Source: an uncultured Verrucomicrobiales bacterium
GTDB taxonomy: Bacteria; Verrucomicrobiota; Verrucomicrobiia; JADLBR01; JAIBCM01
Length of the DNA: 64,000 nucleotides
Reading direction: 5' to 3'
Assembly: GCA_964435495.1 (NCBI GenBank)
Contig: CAYSZK010000001.1
Span: 66,832-130,831, forward strand
Shown here piece by piece: positions 44,932 through 55,020 of this stretch. The notes beneath the pieces are model-generated. The model saw nothing but the letters and a program-made list of their open reading frames with translations, was not told the DNA's origin and searched no databases. How positions within the stretch are numbered: the stretch's first letter is position 1; each line of letters starts with the position of its first letter. Made by a program: the position numbers and the translations under genes.

Positions 44932-46116
44932 ATGGCAGTGCGCTGGCTGAGCATCGTTTGGGCGGCAATCCTCGCGGGAGCGGCCTGCCAAGGTTCCCCG
45001 TCGGCGGAGGAGGTCTGGTCGGCGATCCGGGATTTGTATGTGGACCCGGGTTCCCTGCCGGAGCAGCGGGTGCGGGAGGCGGTGGACACGGGGGAGGTGG
45101 GGTTGCTTGGGACGGGGGTTGAAATCGGAGGCACCAACCAGGCGGCGGCGCGGCTGGACGGTCCCGCGTGGCGGACGGAGTTGGTGGAGGGGCGGTATTT
45201 ATTTGTGCGCGTGCGGAATCTTGCGAAAGGCGAGGCCGTGGCGCGGCTTTCGGCGGCGGTGGCGAGCAACCTTGCGCCGGCGTGCGGGGTTGTTCTGGAC
45301 TTGCGCGGCTGGAGGCAACACGAGGCGTTTGAGGCGGGCGCGGAATTGACGGCTCTGCTGGGCGGCGGTGTCGGCGGCGAGTTATTTTCCCTGGTGGATG
45401 CCGAAGGCCGGGCGTCGGCGGTCCAGGCGGTCGGCGGGGCGGCGGGCGGGGCGGCCCATTCGCGGAAACCGCTGGTGGTGCTGGTCAACGGCCAGACGTC
45501 GGGCGTGGGGGAAGCGGTGGCGGATGGGCTGCGGAATCTTCGCGGGGCGGTGGTGGTGGGCGGCCCGACGGCGGGCAAGTCCGCGGTGTTTGCGGAGCGC
45601 ACGCTGAAGGACGGCCGCGTCCTGCGGGTCGCGGAAAAGCGTGTGATCGCCAGGGGAGGGCGCGCGTTGTTTCCCAATCCGGTGACGCCGGATGTGGCGG
45701 TGGAGGATGTGGGGGCGGACGATGCGGCGGCGATGGTGCGGGCGGCGGAAACGGGTGTGGCGGAGTTTGTCACGCCGGTGGAGCCGACAGACCGGCAGGA
45801 TGAAGCGGCGCTGGTGCGTGGGGAGATGCCGGAGGTGGACGAATTGCGGCGCCGGCTTGAGGACGCGGAGAAGCGCGGCAAGGAGGGGCCGGCGCCGGAC
45901 GGCGGGACGAACGCCCCGGCGGCGTCCGAGGGACGGGCACCGGCGCTGGTGGACGAAACCTTGGCGCGGGGTTTTGACATCTTGCGCGCCGTGGAAGCGT
46001 TGGCGCCGCGGCCCGCGAAAGGGCCGGGAACGGTGGCGGTCGCCAAAGGCGGGGACGGGGCGGGGGACGCGCCGCCGGCGCCGGCGAAACCGGAGGGAGC
46101 GGAAGACGGGCCATGA
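44932..46116 (+). CDS. S41 peptidase-like exported protein (no PDZ, catalytic Ser apparently replaced)
   Basis: [30 protein letters not shown] and PDVAV. Confidence 0.75.
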   Translation: MAVRWLSIVWAAILAGAACQGSPSAEEVWSAIRDLYVDPGSLPEQRVREAVDTGEVGLLGTGVEIGGTNQAAARLDGPAWRTELVEGRYLFVRVRNLAKGEAVARLSAAVASNLAPACGVVLDLRGWRQHEAFEAGAELTALLGGGVGGELFSLVDAEGRASAVQAVGGAAGGAAHSRKPLVVLVNGQTSGVGEAVADGLRNLRGAVVVGGPTAGKSAVFAERTLKDGRVLRVAEKRVIARGGRALFPNPVTPDVAVEDVGADDAAAMVRAAETGVAEFVTPVEPTDRQDEAALVRGEMPEVDELRRRLEDAEKRGKEGPAPDGGTNAPAASEGRAPALVDETLARGFDILRAVEALAPRPAKGPGTVAVAKGGDGAGDAPPAPAKPEGAEDGP

Positions 46117-48293
46117 AGAGGGTTTTGTTTGTGTGCACGGGCAACATCTGCCGCAGCCCGATGGCGGAGGGCTTGTTGCGGCTTGCGATGGGGGGGGAGG
46201 CGGAGGTTTCCAGCGCGGGGCTGGGGGCGGCGCCTGGGTATCCGCCGAGCGCGCATGCGGTGGCGGCGATGGAGGAAGTGGGGGCCGACATCCGGGGCAT
46301 CCGCAGCCGCATGGTGAGCCCGGAACTTGTGGCGGCGGCGGACGCGGTGTTCGTGATGACCTACGGGCATCTGGACTTGATGCTGATGCTGTATCCGGCG
46401 GCGGCGGACAAGGTCTTCCTGGTTCGGGAATTTGAGCCGGGCCTGCGTTCGGACGAACGGGAGATCGCCGACCCGATCGGGGCGTCTCTGGAGGTTTACC
46501 GGCGGGCGCGGGACGAGATACGGTCGGCGATTCCGTCGATCCTGGGATATTTGCGCGGGGAGCGGGCGCCCGCGGAGGAAGTCATGAAGGACCACCACAG
46601 CAGGATCGAGATTGCCATCGGCGCCGACCACGGCGGCGTGGAATTGAAAAAGGCGCTCAAGGCGCAATTGGACAGCGGCGGCTACCGCGTGCGGGATGTC
46701 GGGGCTCATTCGGCGGATTCGGTTGATTACCCGGATTACGCGCGGGAGGTGGCGCGCGCGGTCGCGTGCCGGGAAGCGGACTTTGGAATTCTGGTGTGCC
46801 GGACGGGCATCGGGATGAGCATGGCCGCCAACCGGTATCCGGGCGTGCGCGCGGCGCTGGTGGACAACGCGGCCACCGCCAAGATTAGCCGCGAGCACAA
46901 TGACGCGAACGTGTTGTGCCTGGCCGGGGACCGGGTTTCGGCCAGGGACGCGGAGGAGATCGTGAAAGTGTGGCTTGCGGCGGCGTTTGCCGGCGGGCGG
47001 CACGAGCGGCGGGTGGACAAGATGGACGCGCTGGCGGCGGAGGAAGCCGGGTGCGGGGGGCCGGGATTGGCCGGGACCGACCCGCGCGTGTTCGCGGCGG
47101 TCCAGCTCGAGCATCTGCGGCAATCGGAGAATATCGAACTGATCGCGTCGGAGAACTTCGCCAGCCGGGCGGTGAGGGAGGCGCAGGGCTCCTGCCTGAC
47201 CAACAAATACGCCGAGGGGTATCCCGGCAAACGGTATTATGGCGGGTGCGAGCATGTGGACGTGGTGGAGAGCGTCGCCATCGAGCGGGCGCTCCAGCTT
47301 TTTGGCGCAGAACACGCGAACGTCCAGCCGCACTCCGGCAGCCAGGCGAACATGGCCGTCTATTTCTCCGTGCTCAAGCCTGGGGACAGGATTCTCACGA
47401 TGAACCTGGCGCACGGCGGCCACCTGACCCACGGGCACCCGAAGAATTTCTCCGGGCAACTCTACGAGGTCGTGCATTACGGCGTGAGCGAGGGCACGGA
47501 GACCATCGATTACGACGCGTTGGAGGCGCAGGCGCGGGAGGCGCGCCCGAAAATGATCACGGCCGGGGCGTCGGCCTATTCGCGGATCATCGATTTCGAG
47601 CGGATGCGCCGGATCGCGGACGGCGCGGGGGCGTATCTGTTCGTGGACATGGCGCACATCGCGGGGCTGGTGGCGGCGGGCCTGCATCCGTCGCCGGTGC
47701 CGTACGCTGACTTTGTGACGACCACGACGCACAAGACCCTGCGCGGGCCGCGTGGCGGCTTGATCCTGTGTCCGTCGAAGCATGCCAGGGAGATCGACTC
47801 GCTGATGTTCCCCGGCGTGCAGGGCGGGCCGCTGATGCACGTGATCGCGGCGAAGGCCGTCTGTTTCCTGGAAGCGCTGCGGCCGGATTTCAAAGCGTAC
47901 CAGGAACAGGTGCTGCGCAACGCGCGGGCGTTGTGCGAGGGCATGAAAAAGAACGGGTACCGCATCGTCTCGGGCACCACGGAAAACCATGTGATGCTCG
48001 TGGACGTCCAGCCTCTGGGAATCACCGGCAAGGACGCCGAGTCGGCCCTGGACCGCGCCGGGATCACGGTGAACAAGAACGCGATTCCGTTCGATAAACA
48101 GAGCCCGTTCAAGGCCGGCGGCATCCGGCTGGGTTCCCCGGCGGTGACAACGCGCGGGTTCAAGGAGGAGGAGATGTTCGAGACGGCGGACCTGATCCAC
48201 GAGGCGTTGCGGGGGCGGAACGATCCCGCGAAACTGGAGGCGGTGCGGGCAAGGGCGCGCGCGTTGACGCGGCGCTTCCCCCTGCCGGCCTAG
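46113..48293 (+). CDS. glyA: Triple fusion: LMW protein phosphatase + ribose-5-phosphate isomerase B + serine hydroxymethyltransferase
   Basis: CTGNICRS and DPIG; GADHGG, SVDYPD, CRTGIGM, HNDANVL; [28 protein letters not shown], all in one frame. Confidence 0.95.
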   Translation: MKRVLFVCTGNICRSPMAEGLLRLAMGGEAEVSSAGLGAAPGYPPSAHAVAAMEEVGADIRGIRSRMVSPELVAAADAVFVMTYGHLDLMLMLYPAAADKVFLVREFEPGLRSDEREIADPIGASLEVYRRARDEIRSAIPSILGYLRGERAPAEEVMKDHHSRIEIAIGADHGGVELKKALKAQLDSGGYRVRDVGAHSADSVDYPDYAREVARAVACREADFGILVCRTGIGMSMAANRYPGVRAALVDNAATAKISREHNDANVLCLAGDRVSARDAEEIVKVWLAAAFAGGRHERRVDKMDALAAEEAGCGGPGLAGTDPRVFAAVQLEHLRQSENIELIASENFASRAVREAQGSCLTNKYAEGYPGKRYYGGCEHVDVVESVAIERALQLFGAEHANVQPHSGSQANMAVYFSVLKPGDRILTMNLAHGGHLTHGHPKNFSGQLYEVVHYGVSEGTETIDYDALEAQAREARPKMITAGASAYSRIIDFERMRRIADGAGAYLFVDMAHIAGLVAAGLHPSPVPYADFVTTTTHKTLRGPRGGLILCPSKHAREIDSLMFPGVQGGPLMHVIAAKAVCFLEALRPDFKAYQEQVLRNARALCEGMKKNGYRIVSGTTENHVMLVDVQPLGITGKDAESALDRAGITVNKNAIPFDKQSPFKAGGIRLGSPAVTTRGFKEEEMFETADLIHEALRGRNDPAKLEAVRARARALTRRFPLPA

Positions 48294-48296
48294 GCC

Positions 48297-48518
48297 ATGA
48301 CCCCTCTGGAAAAGCGCGCCGCGCAGGCCGGGAAAATCCTGGAGTCCCCGCGCGCCTACAAAATTTGCGAGGGGTGCGGGTCCATCGTGGCCATCAACAC
48401 GGTCATCTGCCCGGTTTGCAAGGCCTATCGGTTCGACGAAGACCCGGACCGCGTGTGCGAGCAGGCGCGCGAGCTGGGGTCCCGCGAGGCCCGCACAATC
48501 ACCGAGGACGATCTCTGA
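48297..48518 (+). CDS. Small zinc-ribbon protein
   Basis: CEGC...CPVC; 3-bp gap after glyA and 11-bp gap before purC. Confidence 0.75.
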   Translation: MTPLEKRAAQAGKILESPRAYKICEGCGSIVAINTVICPVCKAYRFDEDPDRVCEQARELGSREARTITEDDL

Positions 48519-48529
48519 GCGGGGGTGGG

Positions 48530-49408
48530 GTGAACGCGCCGCTGCTGGCCATCGACCTGCCTGGGACGCCCAAGGTGCGGTCGGGAAAGGTGCGGGAGCT
48601 CTTTGATCTTGGCGACTCGCTGTTGATGGTGGCCACCGACCGGATTTCCGCCTTCGACGTGATTATGGCGGAGGGCATTCCCGACAAGGGGCGCGTCCTG
48701 ACGGGCATCTCCCGGTTCTGGTTTGAGGCGACGCGGGAGTGGATGCCCAACCACGTGCTGGACTGGGAGGCGCCGCCGGGGCTTGGCGAAGGGCGCCTCA
48801 CGGGGCGCGCGATGCGGGTCCGCAAGGCGCGCCCCCTTCCCATCGAATGCGTCGTGCGCGGCTACCTGGCGGGCTCGGGCTGGAAGGAATACCGGGAACA
48901 CGGCACGCTCGCCGGCGCCGCGCTGCCGGCGGGAATGCGCGAGAGCGAGCGCCTGCCCGGACCGGTGTTCACTCCGGCAACCAAGGAGGACAGCGGCCAC
49001 GACATCAACATCACGCGCGAGGAAGCGGCGCGCATTGTCGGGCGGAAGGTGTTTGATGAAGTGGAGGCGGCGAGCCTGCGCCTGTATGCGTTTGCGCAAG
49101 GCCACGCCGCGGCGCGGGGAATCCTTGTCGCGGACACAAAATTCGAGTTTGGCCTGGACGGGGACCGCGTGATCCTGATCGACGAGGTCCTGACGCCGGA
49201 CTCGTCGCGGTTCTGGCCCGCGGACGGGTACGCGCCCGGCCGGGGCCAGAAGAGCTTCGACAAACAGTTTCTCCGCGACTACCTGGAATCGATACCGTGG
49301 AACAAACAACCGCCGCCGCCGCCCCTGCCGCCGGAGGTGGTTGCGGGGACGCGGAGGAAGTATCTTGAAGCGTTCCGGCTGATCACGGGCCGGGACCTGG
49401 ACGCGTAG
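48530..49408 (+). CDS. purC: SAICAR synthase
   Basis: SGKVRELF, DRISAFD, DTKFEFG, DEVLTPDSSRFW and DKQFLRD. Confidence 0.96.
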   Translation: MNAPLLAIDLPGTPKVRSGKVRELFDLGDSLLMVATDRISAFDVIMAEGIPDKGRVLTGISRFWFEATREWMPNHVLDWEAPPGLGEGRLTGRAMRVRKARPLPIECVVRGYLAGSGWKEYREHGTLAGAALPAGMRESERLPGPVFTPATKEDSGHDINITREEAARIVGRKVFDEVEAASLRLYAFAQGHAAARGILVADTKFEFGLDGDRVILIDEVLTPDSSRFWPADGYAPGRGQKSFDKQFLRDYLESIPWNKQPPPPPLPPEVVAGTRRKYLEAFRLITGRDLDA

Positions 49409-49509
49409 AGCCTTGGGGTCCGGCGCCCCGGCTGGCGACGACGCCCGCGGCCACCCACGGTTTCCCGCGGCGATCACGCCCTGGCGGCTTCGCGCCTATC
49501 GCCATGGGT

Positions 49510-52500
49510 TCACGGCGCCGGGGCGCGCACGATCTCGACCCGGGCGACCGTGACCGGTTGGTCGAGGGCCTTGACCTTGATGGCGTGGACGCCAGCGGTG
49601 AGCGTTGCCGTGCCGGCCACGCCGCCCGCCGCGTCGCCCTTCGCGAGAACGGCGTCGTCCACGCGCAGCTCGACCGGACCGCCCGAGGCGGAAAGGGTGA
49701 CCGCGTAACTGGCGGTTTCCTTGCTGGTGACGATCCAGCTCTTCCACGAGTGCGCCGGCAGGTCGGCCGGGGTTTTCTTGGGCGACCACGAGGCGGAATA
49801 ACTGTTCGTGGCGCCGCCTTGGGAATGCGGGAGATCGGGCGTGAGCGCGCCCGGGAGGATGAGACCGGCGTTGGGAGCGGCGGAAAGCCGGTCGTTCATC
49901 TCCTGGACGCACTTGAGCAGCGGCGCATTCGTCTGCGCGATGTTCTGTTGGACCGGATAGAAATAGGCATAGGCATAACCACCGTTCCCGCACCAGATAT
50001 CAAAGGCGTTCCGCAGCGCCTGCTTGGTCAGTTCCGGGTTTGCGGCTTCGCTGCCGTAGCGCAGGTCGTTCCAAGCCAGCATGCTGTAGTGGTCAAAGTC
50101 GCCCTGGACCGCCCAGCCGCCCTCGTAGGTGCAGGGCACCAAACCCCAGTTGCGGGCCATCTCGCACTCGGCCTGGGCCGTGCGATGGTACCCGGTTGCG
50201 GGATTCTGGCCGAAAGCGCTGCCGCCCGACGGGAAGTTCGGCGAATCCGGACCACCGTAGAACGCCTCCTCGCTGCCCAAATGCACCTCGTCGATGAAGA
50301 CCGTGCCCGCGCCGGGATTGACCCGCTCAAAGGCAACCGTGTGCTTGCCGGGCTCGAGCCGGAACACCCGGGTTGCGGCGTAATGGAAAACCTCGCCGCG
50401 GGACTCGAATCCGCCCCCGGGCAACAGCGTGGGCGTGACATCCACGCCGTCCACCTTCACTCGGATCGTGCCGGTACCACTTGAGCAGGTCCAACCGCCC
50501 CACCCCTGTTTCTTGTAGCCGTTGGACAGCCGGTCCAGCGCGGGGTTGAACGTGATCCAGTAGGCGCCGGCCTTCTCCACGGTGAACTCGCGGGCCATGC
50601 CGCTTTCACCCTGCAGGAAGGCGCACTGCGTGCCGAACTTGAATTCGGGTTTGCTCGAATCCTTGCCCCACGGAACGACAAACTCGATCTCCGACGAATC
50701 CGGCGGCAGGCCCACGTTCCCCTCCGCTGTCTTCAGGTTCTCCGTCGTGAAAAGCATGTTGACCGGCCCGAAACCGAGGCTGCCCGGCGTTTCGCACCAC
50801 ACCTTGCCGTCGGCACTGGTCACCGCCGCCTCGATCTTCAATCCCGGCGCCGCCGCGACCCCGACCGGCCCGAAGAAGCGGTCGGTCTTGTTCCCGCCCT
50901 TTTCCCGGCTCACGAGGTAATAGGTCTTGCCCGCCTGCAAATAGGCCGGCATGGCCTTGTTCTTTCCCCAGGCCTTCTCCGAGCACCAATCGTACCCGAA
51001 CCGGCCCCCCTCGAAGGTCGCGAGCCTGGGCGAACTCCGGAACCCGGCCCTCTGCGCGCCGGCCTCGTCCAGGATCGCCATGTTAAGGATGGGACTGGCA
51101 AAGAAATTCTTCCCCGTCAAATCCTTCGCGATCCAGCGGCCGAGCTTGTACACAAAGAGGTCCTTGTCACCCACGGTGAATTTGAACCCGACCCACTGCT
51201 CCTTGTCCGGCGCCGGGGCGGGTTCCGCTGGCAGATTCGCGACCGTCGCCGCCTCCCGGGCCGGCAGGCGCACGTCGCAGATGCCGGCGTTGCCGGTGAA
51301 GGTCCAGCCGCTGTTCCCCGGACGCAATTCCGCCGTGCCGTCCGGCACATCGACATCCTCAAACCCGCCGTTGGCCATCGGCTCTTTCTCCATCAGGCCG
51401 AACTTGTTGTTGCAACCGTAGTAGATCGCGCCGCCTCCGCCCCAGATGTAGTAGGAAGGCGGGTGCGGCTCGCCCGCGTGGGTGCTCGCGGGGTTGGCCT
51501 TGTTGAAATAATTGTCGAGGAACTGCAGTATCGTGTTCATCAGGCCCCCGTCATACTGGCCAAAGCAGAACACCCGGGCGCGGTCGCCGATCGCGCCGGG
51601 CACATCCGCATGGACCTCCCGGAACGCGTCGCTGAGCTGCTTCATCCGAAGCGCGTGGTACCGGTACATCGCGTTGTGATCGACGTTGCCGACCGCGCCG
51701 TCGTAGTTGACGATCTTCCAGTCCGGATGGTTCTCCGCCGCCTTCTTCCGCAGGTCGTCCCAGATGAACTGCGGATAGACCGCCCACGGCAGCTCGTTGG
51801 AGTGCTCCAGGTAAATCCGCAGGTTCGGGTTGAGCGGCGGATACTTGGGGTTTTCGACATAATGATCATACGGGTTCACGCCGTCGGAACCGTACCGGAC
51901 GAGCCGCGCGAAATTCCGCATGTACTCCTCGTTCCAGCCCGCGCCGCAGCAGATGTGCCAGTCCCTGCCGCCCTCGTTGATCATCATGATGTATTCTTCC
52001 AGGCAGTAGCCCCACCCCTTCTCGTGCTCGCGGGCATGATAGGCGGGCAGGGTCCGCTCCTGCCACGTCGCGCCCTTGTTCTGGCTCATGCCGATGTGCA
52101 GCCGTTCGATGGCGAAGGCTTCAAATGCCTTGCGCGCCTGGCGCCGGCGGATTTCGCCGGTTTGATGATGCTCCGTGGCGCCCTCGGCCACGGGGCACAA
52201 CACCTCCAGATTCGAAATCCCCGGCTGGCCCAGCGCCCGTTCGCTGTCGGTGAACAGCAGCATCAGGCCGGTGGGTTGATCCCCCAGCTCAAACCACGCG
52301 GTGGTCGTGTTGTCCGCCTCCGAGTATCCCGCCCCCTTCGGCAGCATCGCCATGCCGTTCTTGCCCTTGGAATTCTCGACCGACAACGCCTCGCCGCCGC
52401 CATCGCCGACGGTGTTCCAGGCGACCTTCACGCGCCCCCCGTGCCAGAAGGAGCCGACCTCGACGTTCGCTTTGCCCGTGAACCGGACCCTGTGCCGGCC

Positions 52501-53268
52501 CGTATATTGGAAGTTGAGCTCGACCAGAAAACCCGGAACCTTCGGCCAGCCGTTCGCGTCCAACTCCGCCTCGCCCAGTCTTGCGCCCTGCTTCCAATCC
52601 TTTTCCTCCAGGCCCCGCCACGTGACCGCCTCGCGCTTCATGTCGGCGCGTTGCTGGGTGAGCCACGACCCGGGGCACGCCTGGTGCCCGCAGATCTGGG
52701 CGAACGACAACGGGTCCACCACCTCCCACGGCGTGCTCGGGCTCGACCACTCCAACCGAGCCTCAGACGCCTTCGTCCCCGCCTTGTCCACATACTCGAA
52801 GACGATGCCGTACTTCTCCCCGGCCTTGAGCGGACCGGCGCCCACCTCCTTCACCACGCCCGTGCCGGGGCTGTCCACCAGGGTTTTGCCGCCCAACTTG
52901 AAACGCGCGCCGTCCCTGCCGGTGACGCGGAACGTGTAGGCCTCGCTGAACCGCGGCACCACCTGCCCGGTCCAGCGGATGGAAAAGTCGTCGGTCGGAA
53001 AATCCTTCATCCCCGGCGTTGTCGCCCCACCGACCGGCAGTCCCTTGCCGGCAACCCCTTCCTTCCAGTCGTGGTGGATGCGCACATCATGGCGGATGAA
53101 CGCCGGGGCGCCCTCGAATTTTGGGTTGGCAAAATACTCGCCCACCCACCCGGCCTTTGTCGTGCCTCCCCCCACCGGGGCGGTGTTGGCGGCGCGGGCA
53201 GGCGCGTGGAGCAGGATAAGCGCCATGCCAGCGGCCAGTCCGGTGAGGATGCGTGAGCTGAGGTTCAT
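49510..53268 (-). CDS. Large secreted PA14-domain protein with putative glycan-active core and C-terminal CBM-like module
   Basis: Signal peptide; DDFSIRWTGQVVPRFSEAYTF (PA14); LNPNLRIYLEHSNE; C-terminal beta-sandwich-like region. Confidence 0.75.
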   Translation of the reverse strand: MNLSSRILTGLAAGMALILLHAPARAANTAPVGGGTTKAGWVGEYFANPKFEGAPAFIRHDVRIHHDWKEGVAGKGLPVGGATTPGMKDFPTDDFSIRWTGQVVPRFSEAYTFRVTGRDGARFKLGGKTLVDSPGTGVVKEVGAGPLKAGEKYGIVFEYVDKAGTKASEARLEWSSPSTPWEVVDPLSFAQICGHQACPGSWLTQQRADMKREAVTWRGLEEKDWKQGARLGEAELDANGWPKVPGFLVELNFQYTGRHRVRFTGKANVEVGSFWHGGRVKVAWNTVGDGGGEALSVENSKGKNGMAMLPKGAGYSEADNTTTAWFELGDQPTGLMLLFTDSERALGQPGISNLEVLCPVAEGATEHHQTGEIRRRQARKAFEAFAIERLHIGMSQNKGATWQERTLPAYHAREHEKGWGYCLEEYIMMINEGGRDWHICCGAGWNEEYMRNFARLVRYGSDGVNPYDHYVENPKYPPLNPNLRIYLEHSNELPWAVYPQFIWDDLRKKAAENHPDWKIVNYDGAVGNVDHNAMYRYHALRMKQLSDAFREVHADVPGAIGDRARVFCFGQYDGGLMNTILQFLDNYFNKANPASTHAGEPHPPSYYIWGGGGAIYYGCNNKFGLMEKEPMANGGFEDVDVPDGTAELRPGNSGWTFTGNAGICDVRLPAREAATVANLPAEPAPAPDKEQWVGFKFTVGDKDLFVYKLGRWIAKDLTGKNFFASPILNMAILDEAGAQRAGFRSSPRLATFEGGRFGYDWCSEKAWGKNKAMPAYLQAGKTYYLVSREKGGNKTDRFFGPVGVAAAPGLKIEAAVTSADGKVWCETPGSLGFGPVNMLFTTENLKTAEGNVGLPPDSSEIEFVVPWGKDSSKPEFKFGTQCAFLQGESGMAREFTVEKAGAYWITFNPALDRLSNGYKKQGWGGWTCSSGTGTIRVKVDGVDVTPTLLPGGGFESRGEVFHYAATRVFRLEPGKHTVAFERVNPGAGTVFIDEVHLGSEEAFYGGPDSPNFPSGGSAFGQNPATGYHRTAQAECEMARNWGLVPCTYEGGWAVQGDFDHYSMLAWNDLRYGSEAANPELTKQALRNAFDIWCGNGGYAYAYFYPVQQNIAQTNAPLLKCVQEMNDRLSAAPNAGLILPGALTPDLPHSQGGATNSYSASWSPKKTPADLPAHSWKSWIVTSKETASYAVTLSASGGPVELRVDDAVLAKGDAAGGVAGTATLTAGVHAIKVKALDQPVTVARVEIVRAPAP

Positions 53269-53638
53269 GATAAGAAGTGCATAATCCATCCCGGAGGGGA
53301 TCGTTACAGACCGCCGGCGTTCTCGCGCCATCCGCGGGATGCCGCCGCGGGTCGCCGGGGGTTTATGGACCAGCCAGCGGGACGGGCGACACCGCGGCCC
53401 CGGCGAGGCCCGGCGCGTCCGTCCCACCGCGATGCCGGCGACTTCAAATCCGCCTGTCTTGCGCTTCGCCGCGATCGAGTGGGACCTTTACGATGCCAAG
53501 CGCACCGCTGAAAACAGGGCCGTTGTCAAAGGCCTCGCGCGAATCCACGCGCCCATGACCGGCATGGCGCGGGGGAAAGGGATGAGTTGCGCCGGAGAGA
53601 GAGGCTGGCATACTGGGGGCCGAACCAAGGAGATATGC

Positions 53639-54505
53639 ATGATGAGTGGCGCGAAGGGTTATGCGAAGCCGGAGGCGTTGGTGGACGCGGAATGGGTGGA
53701 GGCGCACCGGAAAGACCCGAAGGTGCGGATCATCGAGAGCAACGAAGACATCCTGCTCTACGGCACCGGTCACATCGGGGGCGCGGTACATATTGACTGG
53801 CGGGCGGACTTGCAGGACCCGGTGATCCGGGATTACGTCACGCCTGAGGCGTTTGCGGCGTTGTGCCGGCGCAACGGAATCGCGCCGGACACCACATGCG
53901 TGTTTTATGGGGACAAGGCGAACTGGTGGGCGTGCTACGCGCTCTGGGTGTTCCGGCTGTTCGGGCATGAACGCGTGAAGGTTATGAACGGGGGCCGGGA
54001 CAAGTGGATCGCGGACGGGCGCCCGGTCACGCGGGAGAAGCCCTCCCTTCCGGCGGTGGAGTATCCGGCGCCGGCGAAGCGGTTGGACGCGGAGATTCGC
54101 GCGTTTTTTGCGGACACGCTTGAGCATTCGCGGAAGAAACTGCCGTTGATCGACGTGCGGTCGCCGGGCGAGTTTCGAGGGGATTTGACCCACATGCCGG
54201 AGTATCCGCAGGAGGGGGTGTTGCGGGGCGGGCACATCCCCGGAGCGGCGAGCGTTCCGTGGAAGACGGCGGTGAACGAGGACGGGACGTTCAAGGCGGC
54301 GGTGGAACTGGAACGGATTTACACCCAAGGCTGCAGCCTTGACGCGAAGGGGGAAACCATCGTGTATTGCCGGATTGGCGAGCGCTCGAGCCACACGTGG
54401 TTTGTGCTTACGTATCTGCTGGGGCACGAGAAAGTGCGGAACTACGACGGTTCCTGGACGGAATGGGGGAACACCGTCCGGGCGCCGGTCGAACGGGCTG
54501 TTTGA
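53639..54505 (+). CDS. sseA: Tandem-domain sulfurtransferase (rhodanese, SseA-like)
   Basis: [19 protein letters not shown], active loop CRIGER and YDGSWTEWG. Confidence 0.93.
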   Translation: MMSGAKGYAKPEALVDAEWVEAHRKDPKVRIIESNEDILLYGTGHIGGAVHIDWRADLQDPVIRDYVTPEAFAALCRRNGIAPDTTCVFYGDKANWWACYALWVFRLFGHERVKVMNGGRDKWIADGRPVTREKPSLPAVEYPAPAKRLDAEIRAFFADTLEHSRKKLPLIDVRSPGEFRGDLTHMPEYPQEGVLRGGHIPGAASVPWKTAVNEDGTFKAAVELERIYTQGCSLDAKGETIVYCRIGERSSHTWFVLTYLLGHEKVRNYDGSWTEWGNTVRAPVERAV

Positions 54506-54509
54506 GGGG

Positions 54510-54971
54510 ATGACGCATCCGGCGGGGTTGCAGGCGCTGATCGACTTTTTCGAGGGTCTCCCGGAGGACGCCCGGCGGGACAACCTTGTGGCGTTCGCGG
54601 ACGGGGCGGCGAAGATTGGGCCGCGCGAGGGGGAGGCGTATGCGGTGGAGGACGTGCGCAAGGACGAGGAGTGCACGGACACCGTGGGGGTATATTTGAA
54701 GGTGGACGGGGAGGGGAGGTGCCAGTTCCGATTGGCGCTGGGGGCGCGGGTCCAGACGTTGACGCGGGCGATGGCGGCGATCCTCTGCCGGGGGCTGGAG
54801 GGATGCACGCCGCGGGAGGTCCTGGATGTGCCGTCGGATTTCGTGCCGCGGATCGTGGGGGCGGAGCTTGTGCGGATTCGGAGCCAGACCGTGTATTATG
54901 TGCTGGGGCGGGTGAAGGGCGTTTGCAAGGTTTACCTGGACCGCGAGCGGGCGCGGCGCGGCGTGGATTGA
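54510..54971 (+). CDS. sufE: SufE-family sulfur acceptor
   Basis: EECTDTV conserved Cys; TRAMAAILCRGLEGCTPREVL; 4 bp after sseA. Confidence 0.7.
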   Translation: MTHPAGLQALIDFFEGLPEDARRDNLVAFADGAAKIGPREGEAYAVEDVRKDEECTDTVGVYLKVDGEGRCQFRLALGARVQTLTRAMAAILCRGLEGCTPREVLDVPSDFVPRIVGAELVRIRSQTVYYVLGRVKGVCKVYLDRERARRGVD

Positions 54972-55020
54972 CGGCGGGAAAAGGGGTTGCAATGGCGCGG
55001 GCGGGCGCTACGGGGGCGGT

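Noticed and set aside
44694-48200. 1168-aa minus-strand ORF
   Set aside because: Antisense shadow of the S41-like gene and glyA fusion; Arg/Pro-rich, no motifs, expected at this GC content
53379-53425. Inverted repeat GGGACGG...CCGTCCC between the PA14 gene and sseA
   Set aside because: Only 7 perfect bp in very GC-rich DNA, no U-tract, and no second copy seen
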